Below are positions 17,073-27,101 of a stretch of DNA of 64,000 bases, piece by piece. How positions within the stretch are numbered: position 1 is the stretch's first letter; each line of letters starts with the position of its first letter. Source of the DNA: a candidate division WOR-3 bacterium (GTDB taxonomy: Bacteria; Hydrothermota; Tepidihabitantia; Tepidihabitantales; Tepidihabitantaceae); NCBI GenBank assembly GCA_965649225.1, contig CBFGJX010000002.1, forward strand, positions 32,001 to 96,000, read 5' to 3'. The position numbers were made by a program, and so were the translations under genes. The notes under the pieces are model-generated. The model was given only the letters and a program-made list of their open reading frames with translations, was not told where the DNA came from and ran no database searches.

Positions 17073-18482
17073 GTGTCCCGTGGCGATGTTGTTACTGTCA
17101 ATGGCTGGCTGGCCATCGTTTCCTGCTGTCTGGCCGCACTTGCTGCCGGCTGTCAGAGTTCTGTACCGCCAGTTCCGGTGATTTCCGCCCCAATGCACGG
17201 TCAGCCGGGAGAAACGCTCTGGTTCGGGGTTTGGGCCGCGGGGAGGCAACCGTTGTCTTATCAGTTTGACTGGGGCGATGGGTCCATGAGCGACTGGAGT
17301 CCGCTGGCGATGCCGGAGGATACATTTGACTTGTGGCATGTCTATCGTCAGGAGGGCAGTTTTGCCGCGTCGGCAAGGACGCGCTACCGGCATGAACAGC
17401 CGAGTGACTGGTCAGCACCACAAACGATAGTCGTGTCAGTTGCCGGCCCCCTTGTTCCGATTCCGCTGGCCTTTCCTGACACCGCTCATCTCGAATCGAC
17501 TTACACCTTTCGGGCAATCGTCACTCACGCTTCAGGAGAAAGTACAGCCTGTGAGTTCCACTGGAGTGATTCGATCATCCAGCAGACTGACTACGTATCG
17601 TCGGGCGATACCGCCATTGTCAGACGCCGTTTCAGCAAGCTGGGGCCGATTGAAGTTCGATTCCGGGGCGTGGACGCGACAGGAAACCGTGGCCCCTGGG
17701 CGCCCGCTGATACTATCACAGTTGCGGCGCGGCCGCTCGTTCCGCCGCGCAGACTGCGCCTGTTTTCTTACGGTGGAGTGTTTGTCCAGCTGGCCTGGGA
17801 CGGCATGCGGCCGGTGGATTCGGCCCAGTATCGGGTCTGGTTCCGCGCCACAAACTCGGCCGGCTTCGCGCTGGTCGGCGTGCTGAATCGCACGGCGTTC
17901 ATCCACGACCCTGGTGGGGTAACCGGAGACTATACCGTTTCGTCATTGCGTGACGGCGAGGAGATTTTCGCCCAGGAAACGGTTTCGACGCGGCCGGTTC
18001 TGACAGACACGCTGGTTCTGGGCGAATTGAACAGCGGTCTGACTGCCGGCTACGGGTGGGACAGGGTGACCGGTCGCGCGGCGCTGTATCCAATGACTGA
18101 CAGCGCGTCGGCGGATCTGGTTGATATCTATTTCACTGACTTCACCAGCGGCTATCTGGGGCCGGGTTACTACCTTGCCAGTGCCAGTCTGGCACCGACT
18201 GACCCTGGCGGTGGCGTGCCGGCAGGGGCGTGGCGACGTACCCGTCTGCTCGGCCTGCCGTCGGGTGGCGGTGACCCACTGCCGGAATACGACTCGCTGC
18301 TGTACTTGGACAGGCTTGACGTCAATACCTTCGTCTCCTATGCTGCATTGCACACCCCGGAGGGACATTACGCCCTCGTTACGGCTATATCGCCAAGCAG
18401 TGTCGATGGCACGGTGAGGATCGTCGGACTCTTTCAGCGCATTCCGGGACTAAGACTGATCCAGTATGCTGGACATCGATAG
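17073..18482 (+). CDS. Lipoprotein with PKD-like and Fn3-like domains
   Basis: Lipobox LAAGC; YQFDWGDG, SDWS; start uncertain (GTG 17073 or 17064). Confidence 0.7.
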   Translation: MSRGDVVTVNGWLAIVSCCLAALAAGCQSSVPPVPVISAPMHGQPGETLWFGVWAAGRQPLSYQFDWGDGSMSDWSPLAMPEDTFDLWHVYRQEGSFAASARTRYRHEQPSDWSAPQTIVVSVAGPLVPIPLAFPDTAHLESTYTFRAIVTHASGESTACEFHWSDSIIQQTDYVSSGDTAIVRRRFSKLGPIEVRFRGVDATGNRGPWAPADTITVAARPLVPPRRLRLFSYGGVFVQLAWDGMRPVDSAQYRVWFRATNSAGFALVGVLNRTAFIHDPGGVTGDYTVSSLRDGEEIFAQETVSTRPVLTDTLVLGELNSGLTAGYGWDRVTGRAALYPMTDSASADLVDIYFTDFTSGYLGPGYYLASASLAPTDPGGGVPAGAWRRTRLLGLPSGGGDPLPEYDSLLYLDRLDVNTFVSYAALHTPEGHYALVTAISPSSVDGTVRIVGLFQRIPGLRLIQYAGHR

Positions 18483-18575
18483 TGCCGCTCGAACAGAGGC
18501 GCCCTGCCTGCTGCCCTCCTGTTCTGTGCATCTCAGCCTCTCCTCAGTAGCCGGCGGGACGCCTCGTCGGGCGGC

Positions 18576-19052
18576 GTGATGCCTCATCGCAAGCTGCTGC
18601 CCACACGGGTCGTCGGTCGGCTGGTTTTGGCTCTATCCTGCACGGTGCTGTTCAGCTGTGATGACGACGGTGCAGTCGGAAACCGCCGGCCGCTGGCGGC
18701 CATCGTTGAGTGGCCGGTGGAACTGAGGGTTGGCGAACTGGCCGTGGTCAAGGCCGAGGGCTACGATCCTGACGGCGACCGAATCAGAATCTTTGTCGCC
18801 TGGGGCGATGGCGACACCAGCGACCACGGTGAGTTTGTCCTGTCGGGACAGACGGTCGTGTTTGAGCATCGGTACCGGTATGCCGACACATTCGTGGTCA
18901 CAGCAAGGTGTCACGACCTTGCCCCGCTTTTTTCAGACTGGTCGTCGCCCCGAGTAGTGCGAGTGACGGGCGTCTATTCTTCCGTCGCGTCCCTAGACAG
19001 AGACAGGTCCCAAAGCAGTACGTCGGCGAGCAAGGCGTCGAAAAGCCGGTAG
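18576..19052 (+). CDS. Small PKD-domain lipoprotein
   Basis: Lipobox VLFSC; DPDGD, WGDG, H.Y, SDWS. Confidence 0.65.
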   Translation: MMPHRKLLPTRVVGRLVLALSCTVLFSCDDDGAVGNRRPLAAIVEWPVELRVGELAVVKAEGYDPDGDRIRIFVAWGDGDTSDHGEFVLSGQTVVFEHRYRYADTFVVTARCHDLAPLFSDWSSPRVVRVTGVYSSVASLDRDRSQSSTSASKASKSR

Positions 19053-19870
19053 GCAAGAGTCCCACTTTCACATCCGTTAACCAGGAAAGAAAAAACATAC
19101 TCGCGGTTGGGCGCCAACAGGTAGCCGGAAAGACAGAACACGCCGCGGATATATCCGGTCTTTGCCCGCAGCGTTTGGGGGTAGAGAAAGCGACGTCTAA
19201 GCAGGGTGCCGATTCCACCGGGTTGTGCCAGGCTGTGGCTGAAAGCATCTCCGAAGGGCAGCCGGCGTACCGCAGCAAGTGTCGCTGCAATGGTCCTGGC
19301 ACTGACACGGTTTCGGGATGAAAGCCCTGAGCCATCGATGACTTGCAGTCCTGTAACCGGAACGTCAAGGGCACGCAGCCCGCGTTCGACGGCCAACTGG
19401 CGGGTTGTGCGTCGGCGGCTGGCAACGGCATCAATCAGCCAGTTGGCGACATTGTTGTCACTCTTGCGGTTCAGCAGAAGCAGATAACGGAAACCCGGCA
19501 GGTTGGGCATCACGCCGACTCCGAGCGATTCGGCAAAGGCCGAGTCGCCGACTAGGCGCAGATGCAAGGGTTCCTTCGACTGCAAAAGTCGCGCGTCGAG
19601 CTGTTTTACGAGCAGAGTGTCCCATTCCTGCAACGCAATGGCGGCGACCAGCAGTTTCATGTTTGAAGCAGGGACCAATGCCGAATCCGGATTGAGCGCA
19701 AAAAGCAGGGTGTCGTCGTCAAGCGGCCGGACGACGATACCGGCGCGCCATGCCGGTTGCGCCAGCGCCTGGTAGTCGCGCGCCATCACCGTTGCCAGCG
19801 GTTCGGGAACGATGCCGCACTCGGCCGGCGGCAGCCCGGGCAGTCCGGCGGAAGTTACTGCCGGGAGCAA
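18974..19870 (-). CDS. dacB: D-Ala-D-Ala carboxypeptidase/endopeptidase, S13 (PBP4-like), compact
   Basis: PASNMK (SxxK), KSDN (SxN), DGSGLS..N, AKTG, LSGY; start uncertain. Confidence 0.75.
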   Translation of the reverse strand: MLPAVTSAGLPGLPPAECGIVPEPLATVMARDYQALAQPAWRAGIVVRPLDDDTLLFALNPDSALVPASNMKLLVAAIALQEWDTLLVKQLDARLLQSKEPLHLRLVGDSAFAESLGVGVMPNLPGFRYLLLLNRKSDNNVANWLIDAVASRRRTTRQLAVERGLRALDVPVTGLQVIDGSGLSSRNRVSARTIAATLAAVRRLPFGDAFSHSLAQPGGIGTLLRRRFLYPQTLRAKTGYIRGVFCLSGYLLAPNREYVFSFLVNGCESGTLAYRLFDALLADVLLWDLSLSRDATEE

Positions 19871-19887
19871 CAGTCGGGCAAGCAGGG

Positions 19888-20808
19888 TCAGGATAGGCCA
19901 GTAATATACTCGTGAGCGGACATAGCCGCAAGCGCGCCATCGGCGACGGCGGTTGCGATCTGACGCAGCGGGGTTACCCGAACGTCGCCTGCGGCAAACA
20001 CACCCGGAACGTTGGTCCGCAGGTGGCCATCGGTTGGTATGAATCCGTTCGGGTCGAGCTGGATTGTCTCCTGACACCAGGTTGTGTTGGGTACCGAGCC
20101 GACATAAATGAACAGACCAGCGACTGGCAGCTCCCGAGTGCTGCCGTCCTTGCGCGATTCCAGAATGATTGACTCGAGACGGTTAGTCCCGTTCAGCCCG
20201 GTAACGATAGTGGACAGATGCAGAGTGATGTTTTGACAGGCACGGACCTTGTCCTGAGTGTGCCTGGCGCCGCGGAACTCGTCACGGCGGTGTACAAGGT
20301 GCACCCGCGAGCAGATATTGGCCAGGTAGAGCGCTTCGTCTAGGGCCGAATCGCCGCCACCGACCACGGCGACTTCACGGCCGCGGAATAGCGGACCGTC
20401 GCAGACTGCGCAGTAGGACACGCCCCGGCCGCGCAGTTCGTTTTCGCGTTCGAGCCCGAGCTGTTTGGACATCACGCCTGAGGCAATGATCGCGGCGCGG
20501 GGGCGGTACTCCCCGGCGGTGGTGATAACCGCGATGCCTTCGGGGCCGACGCTGATAGCGGTTGCTTCGGCCGTATCCAGCGCACAACCAAAGCGGCGGG
20601 CCTGCGCCTCCATCGCCTGCGTCAGGGCAGTTCCCTCGATCGGTTCGGGAAAACCGGGGTAGTTTTCGACGACAGAAGTCAACGCGACCTGGCCGCCGGG
20701 CAGAGCCCGTTCAAGCACGACTGTGGCGTGACCCGAGCGCGCACCGTAAAGCCCGGCAGTCAGTCCAGCCGGCCCGGCACCAATGACGAGTATCTCCGGT
20801 GTGTTCAT
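19888..20808 (-). CDS. trxB: Thioredoxin-disulfide reductase
   Basis: IGAGPAG, GVSYCAVCDG, GGGDSA, VHRRDEFR, AAGDV. Confidence 0.95.
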   Translation of the reverse strand: MNTPEILVIGAGPAGLTAGLYGARSGHATVVLERALPGGQVALTSVVENYPGFPEPIEGTALTQAMEAQARRFGCALDTAEATAISVGPEGIAVITTAGEYRPRAAIIASGVMSKQLGLERENELRGRGVSYCAVCDGPLFRGREVAVVGGGDSALDEALYLANICSRVHLVHRRDEFRGARHTQDKVRACQNITLHLSTIVTGLNGTNRLESIILESRKDGSTRELPVAGLFIYVGSVPNTTWCQETIQLDPNGFIPTDGHLRTNVPGVFAAGDVRVTPLRQIATAVADGALAAMSAHEYITGLS

Positions 20809-20815
20809 CGCCTGC

Positions 20816-20843
20816 ATTGTAGACAAAAAGAACCGGAGGGCAA
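20816..20843 (-). promoter_or_regulatory. sigma70-like promoter of trxB
   Basis: TTGCCC-N16-TACAAT; ATG 7 nt downstream; overlaps upstream terminator. Confidence 0.6.
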
Positions 20844-20862
20844 GCTGACGCCGCCCTCCGGT
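20825..20862 (-). terminator. Intrinsic terminator
   Basis: ACCGGAGGGC/GCCCTCCGGT stem followed by TCTTTTT on the minus strand. Confidence 0.8.
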
Positions 20863-20877
20863 CCAGTCGCTCGCAGG

Positions 20878-23598
20878 CTAATATGTCACAACGAACTTGC
20901 GTCCGACCGCGGCGGAACGGCCGTGGTCAACGAGCCGGGCGAAGTACACGCCGGGCGGCAGAGTCCGGCCCTCGTCGTCAGCAGGGGACCAGGCGACCTG
21001 ATGGACTCCGGTGTCGCGGTTGGCGTCCAGCGGCCGGGCTACGAGCCGGCCGGAATTGTCGTACACCAGCAGCTCATAGCGGCCTGGGCCGGGCACGCTG
21101 ATGGTGAAGCGGCACTGGCCGCGTACCGGGTTGGGAGTGATGCGCTCGAACGCCAGCCGGCGCACTAAGGTCACCGGCTCGGCGGTACCAACGGTCGGCG
21201 ATTGCATCACTCGCATCATCCAGTCGTGCGTGGTCCACTGCCGGAAGGGATCCTGGTTAGACGAGAAGTACGAACGCATTTCGACGGGAGGTGTGCCGTC
21301 GGCACCGATGCCCATGCCGGGTGAGTTGTCAGGCCAGCGCGCGATGAGCCAGAAATCTTCAGCCGTCCTGCGCGTTACGTCGAACGCGAACTCGGCCCAG
21401 CCGGGTGCGACCGGCGCGGTGACGTTGTAGGCGATGTCAAGGAGGTTGGCGGTGTCAGGCACGCCGGCGCGGTCTGGACAGAGCGCCACATACTCAAACG
21501 GGGTGTTGGCAAGATTAACAAAGATGCGGCCACCGGTAACCGCAAAAGGCGGGTTGAGCGTAGGCGAGCAGCGCAGGTAGAACTTGTCGTTGTCGCGCCG
21601 TCCCACCCAGTAATAGGCCTCGGCCGAACCGTCGTCGTAGATGAGTTCATACGTCACCGTGAAACTACGGCGCAGGGAGTCATTGTCGGGCAGGAGGTCA
21701 TCATCGGTGCTTGCGGTCAAAATCGCGCTGTAAGGTCCGACTGCGCCCGGTGACCAGGCCGTAAACTCGACCGCGGTGCTGTCGTCCGGGGCGAGGTTGC
21801 CTGACTGTGTCGAGTCGCGGTACACAACAGCGCCGATCGAATCGGTAATCGTCAGGCGGCAGCGGATGGCGTCGGTGTAGGAGCCGCTGTTGGTGACAAT
21901 CGCGCGGGGCGTGAATGAGCGGTTGATGCTCATTTCGGTATAGGGAGGGCTCAGCAGCACCGGCTGGCCATCGTGGAAACAGCGCGATGCCATCGCCAGT
22001 GTGTCATCGCCGGCGTAACCGTCGCCGGGCAGGCGGGTGAACACGAGGCAGTTGTACAGCGACCATGCATCCGGAGTCCACTGCCGGAAGCTCACCGCTG
22101 CCGCGGCACCCGGTGCCACGTCAGGCGCGACTGTGCTGTCACGATAGACGACACTGTCGGCTGAGTTGCGAATGGTGATACCAACCGGGATTGAGACGGT
22201 GTTGTCACCGTAGTTTTGAACCTCGGCGCTCGGCGTGACCGGAACGCCGGTCTGGAGGTAGCGGCCGGGGGCGGTGATGGCGCGGGTGCCGGCGTTGACC
22301 GAGTCTGATGCACCAATGAGCACGGCGTAGACCTGGCCGCCGTTGCCCATCTGACCGGCATGCACCGCTTTGCCCGAGGCGCAGGCGAACTGGCCGTCGT
22401 CAGAGATGTCGCAAGAGAACAGCGAACCGGGTTCGTCGTTGCGGGTGATGGCCACCAGCGGTGCGGTGTCGCCAACGTTGTGAACCGTGAAGACCCGGAA
22501 ATCACCCGACGGTGCGATATCGCCCCACGATGCGGCCGCCACTCGACTGCCGTCAGCCGAGAGTGCAACGCAGGCAACATAAGCGCCATTCGAACCATAG
22601 TTCTGATAGGTCATCACCGGTATTGCAGAACTGGAGTCGAAGACGCAGAGCTTGCCGTTGGCATAGCCGGTGCCACACGCGACCCGTGATCCGTCTCGCG
22701 ACACGGCGACGCCCGCAACCCAGGGGGTACCGACCTGAGCACTCCAGCGGAGGCTGTACGTCGAGCCGTCCCAGCGGTAGAGCTTCAGCATCCCGTAGTA
22801 GTCACCGGTTACAAGGATGGAACCGTCACCGGAAATGGCGGCGGCGTACTGAGTGCCGGTGTTTGATGTGCCAATCGGGATTGCGCCTCGCCGGAGACTG
22901 TCCTCGAAGACAATGCAGGAATCATAGACCGTCACGGCAACAATCCGACCGTTGTCCGACAGGTCAATGCCCTGCAGCCGGGTTGGCTCGGGGACAGGCA
23001 CCGACCACAGCACCCGGCCGTCCTGTGCACGGATCGCTGTCAGTATCCCGTTCTGGCACGCCACGACCCGGTTGCCGTTGCGGCTGGTTTTGCTGTAACC
23101 GGTGGCGCTGGTGGGGTACTGGTACAGCCACTGCGGAAAGCGGCTCTGGCTGGACCATTTATAGGCCGCTGTCAGCGATGATAGTGTCATCGTGCCGCCG
23201 TCGCGTGAGACGCCAATCTGATTGCCGGCCCAGCCCCAGGTGAAATCACCCGGGCTTTCCCAGACCGGCGACGCAGTTCCAAGCGTACGATAGTACGAGG
23301 CACGCTGGGCGTTCAGATACCAGTTGGCAAGGATGTGGTAACCGTCATTGGAGATGGCCACCGACTGGGCGATACCGTAACGGTGATTGCGGTCCACCCA
23401 GAGCACCCCGGTGTCGGAGCGCAGCGCCGGAACCTCCGGTCGTTCTATCGGCCGGTCGAACAGAGGCCCATTCTCGGTGTTGATGCGGTACCAGGTCCGC
23501 TCAAGACCGTCGCCGCCGGTTTCGGTCACCGCCTCGATGCCGAGCGGTGTCGCGGGGGCGACGACCCAGAACAGCAACAGGACTGCGAGCCTTCTCAT
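20878..23598 (-). CDS. Secreted WD40-like beta-propeller + two CARDB-like domains + FlgD/T9SS-like C-terminal domain
   Basis: Signal peptide; repeated (V/I)A(I/L)S.DG; V.NYG/VTNSG...(G/N)D; TPNP...VYDNSGRLV...PGVYF...KFVV. Confidence 0.8.
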   Translation of the reverse strand: MRRLAVLLLFWVVAPATPLGIEAVTETGGDGLERTWYRINTENGPLFDRPIERPEVPALRSDTGVLWVDRNHRYGIAQSVAISNDGYHILANWYLNAQRASYYRTLGTASPVWESPGDFTWGWAGNQIGVSRDGGTMTLSSLTAAYKWSSQSRFPQWLYQYPTSATGYSKTSRNGNRVVACQNGILTAIRAQDGRVLWSVPVPEPTRLQGIDLSDNGRIVAVTVYDSCIVFEDSLRRGAIPIGTSNTGTQYAAAISGDGSILVTGDYYGMLKLYRWDGSTYSLRWSAQVGTPWVAGVAVSRDGSRVACGTGYANGKLCVFDSSSAIPVMTYQNYGSNGAYVACVALSADGSRVAAASWGDIAPSGDFRVFTVHNVGDTAPLVAITRNDEPGSLFSCDISDDGQFACASGKAVHAGQMGNGGQVYAVLIGASDSVNAGTRAITAPGRYLQTGVPVTPSAEVQNYGDNTVSIPVGITIRNSADSVVYRDSTVAPDVAPGAAAAVSFRQWTPDAWSLYNCLVFTRLPGDGYAGDDTLAMASRCFHDGQPVLLSPPYTEMSINRSFTPRAIVTNSGSYTDAIRCRLTITDSIGAVVYRDSTQSGNLAPDDSTAVEFTAWSPGAVGPYSAILTASTDDDLLPDNDSLRRSFTVTYELIYDDGSAEAYYWVGRRDNDKFYLRCSPTLNPPFAVTGGRIFVNLANTPFEYVALCPDRAGVPDTANLLDIAYNVTAPVAPGWAEFAFDVTRRTAEDFWLIARWPDNSPGMGIGADGTPPVEMRSYFSSNQDPFRQWTTHDWMMRVMQSPTVGTAEPVTLVRRLAFERITPNPVRGQCRFTISVPGPGRYELLVYDNSGRLVARPLDANRDTGVHQVAWSPADDEGRTLPPGVYFARLVDHGRSAAVGRKFVVTY

Positions 23599-23616
23599 AA
23601 TGCCTCCTCGGACTGG

Positions 23617-24543
23617 TTAGGCCTTGCCGAGCAAACGGTGCAGCAGTGCCCGCTGGGCATGCAGGCGATTCTCGGCCTGGTCGAGAACTACCGATGCCGG
23701 CCCATCGAGCACTTCGGCGGTAATTTCCTCGCCGCGGTGCGCCGGCAGACAATGCAGCACTCGCGCACCGGGCGCGGCTGCATCCAGCAGTGCCTTGTTG
23801 AGCTGGAAGGGCCGGAAGATCTGTGCTCGCTGGGCGGCTTCATTTTCCTGACCCATCGAGGCCCAGACATCGGTGTAGACAAACTCGGCGCCGCGGACTG
23901 CCTCGTAGGGGTCATAGGTCAGAAGCAGCCGGCTGCCTGACTGGCCGGCGTACTCGCGGGCTTTGGCGACGACAGCCGCCGGTGGCTCAAATCCGCGCGG
24001 AGTGGCAATCCGGATGTGGATTCCAAGCATCGTGCAGGCAAGCATCAGTGAGTTGCAGACGTTGTTGCCGTCGCCGGTCCAGGCCAGCGTTGCGTCTTTA
24101 AGTGTGCCCCGCAGGTCGCGTACCGTCAGCAGGTCGGCGAGTGTCTGGCAAGGGTGTTCGAGGTCACAGAGAGCGTTGATTACCGGTACCGTTGCGTTGT
24201 GCGCCAGATCGACAATCGTCTGATGGGCAAACACCCGGGCGATAATGCAGTTAACCCAGCGGGAAAGATTCTTCGCGACGTCCTCGACCGTTTCCCGCTT
24301 GCCCATGCCGATATCAGCAGGGCCGAGGTAGACGCTTGAGCCACCGAGGTTGCGCATCGCTACCTCAAAAGTCACGCGGGTGCGCAACGATGGTTTTTCG
24401 AATATCAGTGCGGCCACAGTGCCGGGTGCTGAGTCGATGCGGGGTCTTGTCTTGAGCTGCTGTTTGAGCTCGGTTGCCAGATCCAGCAGGCCGAGCAGTT
24501 CGGCCCGCGACAGGTCATTGATTGAAGTCAGGTCTTTGTTCAT
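23617..24543 (-). CDS. argF: Ornithine carbamoyltransferase
   Basis: FEKPSLRT, HPCQ, GDGNNV, DVWASMG, HCLP, QAENRLH. Confidence 0.95.
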   Translation of the reverse strand: MNKDLTSINDLSRAELLGLLDLATELKQQLKTRPRIDSAPGTVAALIFEKPSLRTRVTFEVAMRNLGGSSVYLGPADIGMGKRETVEDVAKNLSRWVNCIIARVFAHQTIVDLAHNATVPVINALCDLEHPCQTLADLLTVRDLRGTLKDATLAWTGDGNNVCNSLMLACTMLGIHIRIATPRGFEPPAAVVAKAREYAGQSGSRLLLTYDPYEAVRGAEFVYTDVWASMGQENEAAQRAQIFRPFQLNKALLDAAAPGARVLHCLPAHRGEEITAEVLDGPASVVLDQAENRLHAQRALLHRLLGKA

Positions 24544-24578
24544 CTTTTCTCCGGTTAGTATACCTATGTTGGCGCCAC

Positions 24579-24606
24579 AGAATAGACCGCGATTGCATGC
24601 AGTCAA
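24579..24606 (-). promoter_or_regulatory. sigma70-like promoter of argF
   Basis: TTGACT-N16-TATTCT. Confidence 0.6.
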
Positions 24607-24698
24607 GGAGGAGGGGAAAGGAAGTCTAAAAACTGCCGGGAGCGCGAGGAATCAATCGGTTTGATCGCGGAGAGCAGATTGTCTTTCCTAACCGGACA

Positions 24699-24716
24699 CT
24701 ATAACCCAGGTTATAG
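24699..24716. promoter_or_regulatory. Perfect palindrome, candidate operator
   Basis: CTATAACC-ca-GGTTATAG. Confidence 0.35.
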
Positions 24717-24948
24717 CTGGTGCTTTCGAACAACAGCAGGAAAGTTCCTAAAACAGCGTTCGTTGCCAGTGCCGGGCTTTTTTGACTCCCGCACCGGGTA
24801 GAGGCCTTTGGTTCGAACGAGCCACGACCGGGTTGTGCGAAAGCGCAGCAAGCGGCCGCAGGCGGAAGCGTCGCAAGGTCATGGTTCGGAGCGACGTAAT
24901 GCCGGTTCTTCGGCTGTGAGCTGTGGCGAACGGCACGCGGCCAGGGAT

Positions 24949-24976
24949 TTGACTTGTCGTCCGGTTTCGCTACATT
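24949..24976 (+). promoter_or_regulatory. sigma70-like promoter of sucCD
   Basis: TTGACT-N16-TACATT; ATG 8 nt downstream, no SD. Confidence 0.65.
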
Positions 24977-24984
24977 AGGCCGCA

Positions 24985-26124
24985 ATGAAGATTCACGAGT
25001 TCCAGGCCAAAGAGATTTTCTCCAGACACGGCATTCCGGTTCCGCGCGAGCGCGTTGCCGCAAGTTCCGACGAGGCAGCGACCATCGCTGCGGAAATCGG
25101 CCTGCCGGTGGTTGTCAAGGCGCAGGTTCTGGTCGGCGGCCGGGGCAAGGCTGGCGGCGTGAAGCGGGCCGGCTCCATTGAGGAGGTTCGCTCGGCCGCG
25201 GGCGGGATAATTGGAATGGATATCAAGGGGCTGAAGGTTCACCGGGTGCTGGTTTCGGCGTGCGCCGATATCAAGGGCGAGTTCTATGTCGGCATCATTG
25301 TCGACCGTGCGGCGCGCGTGCCAGTACTGATGGCCTCGGCCGCTGGTGGGGTGGAAATCGAAGAGGTTGCCCGCACGAGTCCGGAAAAAATCCTGAAGAT
25401 ACCGATCGATCCGCTGATGGGGCTTTTGTCGTTTCAGGCACGCAACGCCGGAATGGCACTTTTCGGTGACGCGAAGCTGGCGCGCGACTTCACCAGCATC
25501 GCCCAGAAGCTGTACCGGATCTTCGTCGAGCAGGACTGTTCGCTCATCGAAATCAACCCGCTCGTGAAGCTGGCCGATGGTTCGCTTCTGGCCCTGGATG
25601 CGAAGATCAACTTCGACGACAACGCCGACTTCCGACACAAGGAATGGGAGGCGATGCGCGACCTGTCGGCCGAGGAGCCAAAGGAACTGGAGGCCAAGGC
25701 GGCCGGGCTTTCCTACATCAAGCTCTCCGGCAACGTCGGCTGCGTCGTCAACGGCGCCGGACTGGCGATGGCAACGATGGACCTGATAAAACGCTATGGT
25801 GGTGAGCCGGCCAACTTCCTTGATGTCGGTGGTTCGTCGTCGCCGGAGAAGATGGTCACGGCAATGAAGATAGTCCTCTCCGATCCGAACGTGAAAGCTA
25901 TTCTCGTGAACATTTTTGGCGGTATCACCCGCTGCGACGACATCGCCAACGGACTGATCCAGGCGCGGCAGATGGCCGACATCAGGGTGCCGATTGTGGC
26001 GCGATTGACCGGCACCAACGCCGAGCAGGCACGCGCAATACTACAGAACAGTCCGGTGACCAGTGCGGCAACGATGGCTGAAGCGGTGCAGAAAGCGGTT
26101 GTACTTGCCGGAGGCAACAGATGA
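24985..26124 (+). CDS. sucC: Succinyl-CoA synthetase beta subunit
   Basis: [50 protein letters not shown]. Confidence 0.96.
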   Translation: MKIHEFQAKEIFSRHGIPVPRERVAASSDEAATIAAEIGLPVVVKAQVLVGGRGKAGGVKRAGSIEEVRSAAGGIIGMDIKGLKVHRVLVSACADIKGEFYVGIIVDRAARVPVLMASAAGGVEIEEVARTSPEKILKIPIDPLMGLLSFQARNAGMALFGDAKLARDFTSIAQKLYRIFVEQDCSLIEINPLVKLADGSLLALDAKINFDDNADFRHKEWEAMRDLSAEEPKELEAKAAGLSYIKLSGNVGCVVNGAGLAMATMDLIKRYGGEPANFLDVGGSSSPEKMVTAMKIVLSDPNVKAILVNIFGGITRCDDIANGLIQARQMADIRVPIVARLTGTNAEQARAILQNSPVTSAATMAEAVQKAVVLAGGNR

Positions 26125-26167
26125 GGTGGCGGTTGCCGCCCTGCCGAAACGGACAGGAGTCAGCCCA

Positions 26168-27028
26168 ATGAGCATTCTTGTAGGCAAAGAGAACCGAGTT
26201 ATTGTCCAGGGTATCACCGGTCGGGACGGCGCTTTCCATGCCCGGGCGATGCGCGACTATGGCACCAACGTGGTCGGTGGTGTAACGCCGGGCAAGGGCG
26301 GGCAGCAGGTCGAAGGCATGCCGGTCTTTGATTCGGTCGATGAGGCGGTCCGACAGACCGGCGCCGACACATCGATTATCTTTGTGCCGGCCGCGTTCGC
26401 TTCCGACGCGATGCTGGAATGTATCGCCGCCGGCCTGAAGCTGGTGGTCTGCGTGTCCGAGGGCGTACCGACAATGGATATGGTCAGGGTGCTGGCTTAT
26501 GCCCGCAGCAGGGGGACGCGCATCCTCGGCCCCAACTGCCCGGGCGTGATTTCACCGGGCAAGGCCAAAGTCGGAATCATGCCGGCGGCCAGCTTCAGTC
26601 CGGGTTGTATCGGTGTGGTATCGCGTTCCGGTACGTTGACCTATGAAATCGCAGCCAACACCGGTGAGTTCGGCCAGTCGACCGTGGTCGGGATTGGCGG
26701 GGACCCGGTCATCGGCACGACCTTTCTGGACTGTCTGGAGATGTTCAATGCCGACCCGGAAACCAAGGCGATAGTGCTTGTCGGTGAAATCGGCGGGACC
26801 GATGAAGAACGGGCAGCCGAATACGTGAAGACCAACGTGGGCAAGCCGGTAGTCGGCTTCATCGCCGGACAGACCGCACCGCCGGGCAAACGCATGGGTC
26901 ACGCCGGTGCGATTATCGCTGGTGGTGCCGGTACCGCGACAGAAAAACTCGCCGCTTTTCAGTCCGCCGGCATCGGGGTCTTCCATGAACCCCAGGAATT
27001 GCCGGAACTGCTGCGTCGGCTGATTTAG
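26168..27028 (+). CDS. sucD: Succinyl-CoA synthetase alpha subunit
   Basis: [33 protein letters not shown]. Confidence 0.96.
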   Translation: MSILVGKENRVIVQGITGRDGAFHARAMRDYGTNVVGGVTPGKGGQQVEGMPVFDSVDEAVRQTGADTSIIFVPAAFASDAMLECIAAGLKLVVCVSEGVPTMDMVRVLAYARSRGTRILGPNCPGVISPGKAKVGIMPAASFSPGCIGVVSRSGTLTYEIAANTGEFGQSTVVGIGGDPVIGTTFLDCLEMFNADPETKAIVLVGEIGGTDEERAAEYVKTNVGKPVVGFIAGQTAPPGKRMGHAGAIIAGGAGTATEKLAAFQSAGIGVFHEPQELPELLRRLI

Positions 27029-27040
27029 GCTTTTGAGCTG

Positions 27041-27076
27041 AGACCCACTGCCGGGCGAAAGTTCGGCAGTGGGTCT
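27041..27076. terminator. Hairpin between convergent sucD and oxidoreductase operon
   Basis: 13-bp perfect stem AGACCCACTGCCG/CGGCAGTGGGTCT, extended by wobble pairs around a GAAA loop. Confidence 0.7.
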
Positions 27077-27101
27077 TGCTGTTGTCCTGAGATGTTGCCT
27101 G

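Noticed and set aside
17064..19052. Two PKD genes in one frame separated by a single TAG (18480-18482): possible readthrough or pyrrolysine
   Set aside because: The second ORF has its own lipoprotein signal, the linker looks non-coding, TAG is a normal stop in many genes here, and no pyl genes are seen
24607..24948. RNase P, SRP, tmRNA or known riboswitch
   Set aside because: Only partial look-alikes (GGAAAGTTCC, CAGGCGGAAG); full conserved signatures absent
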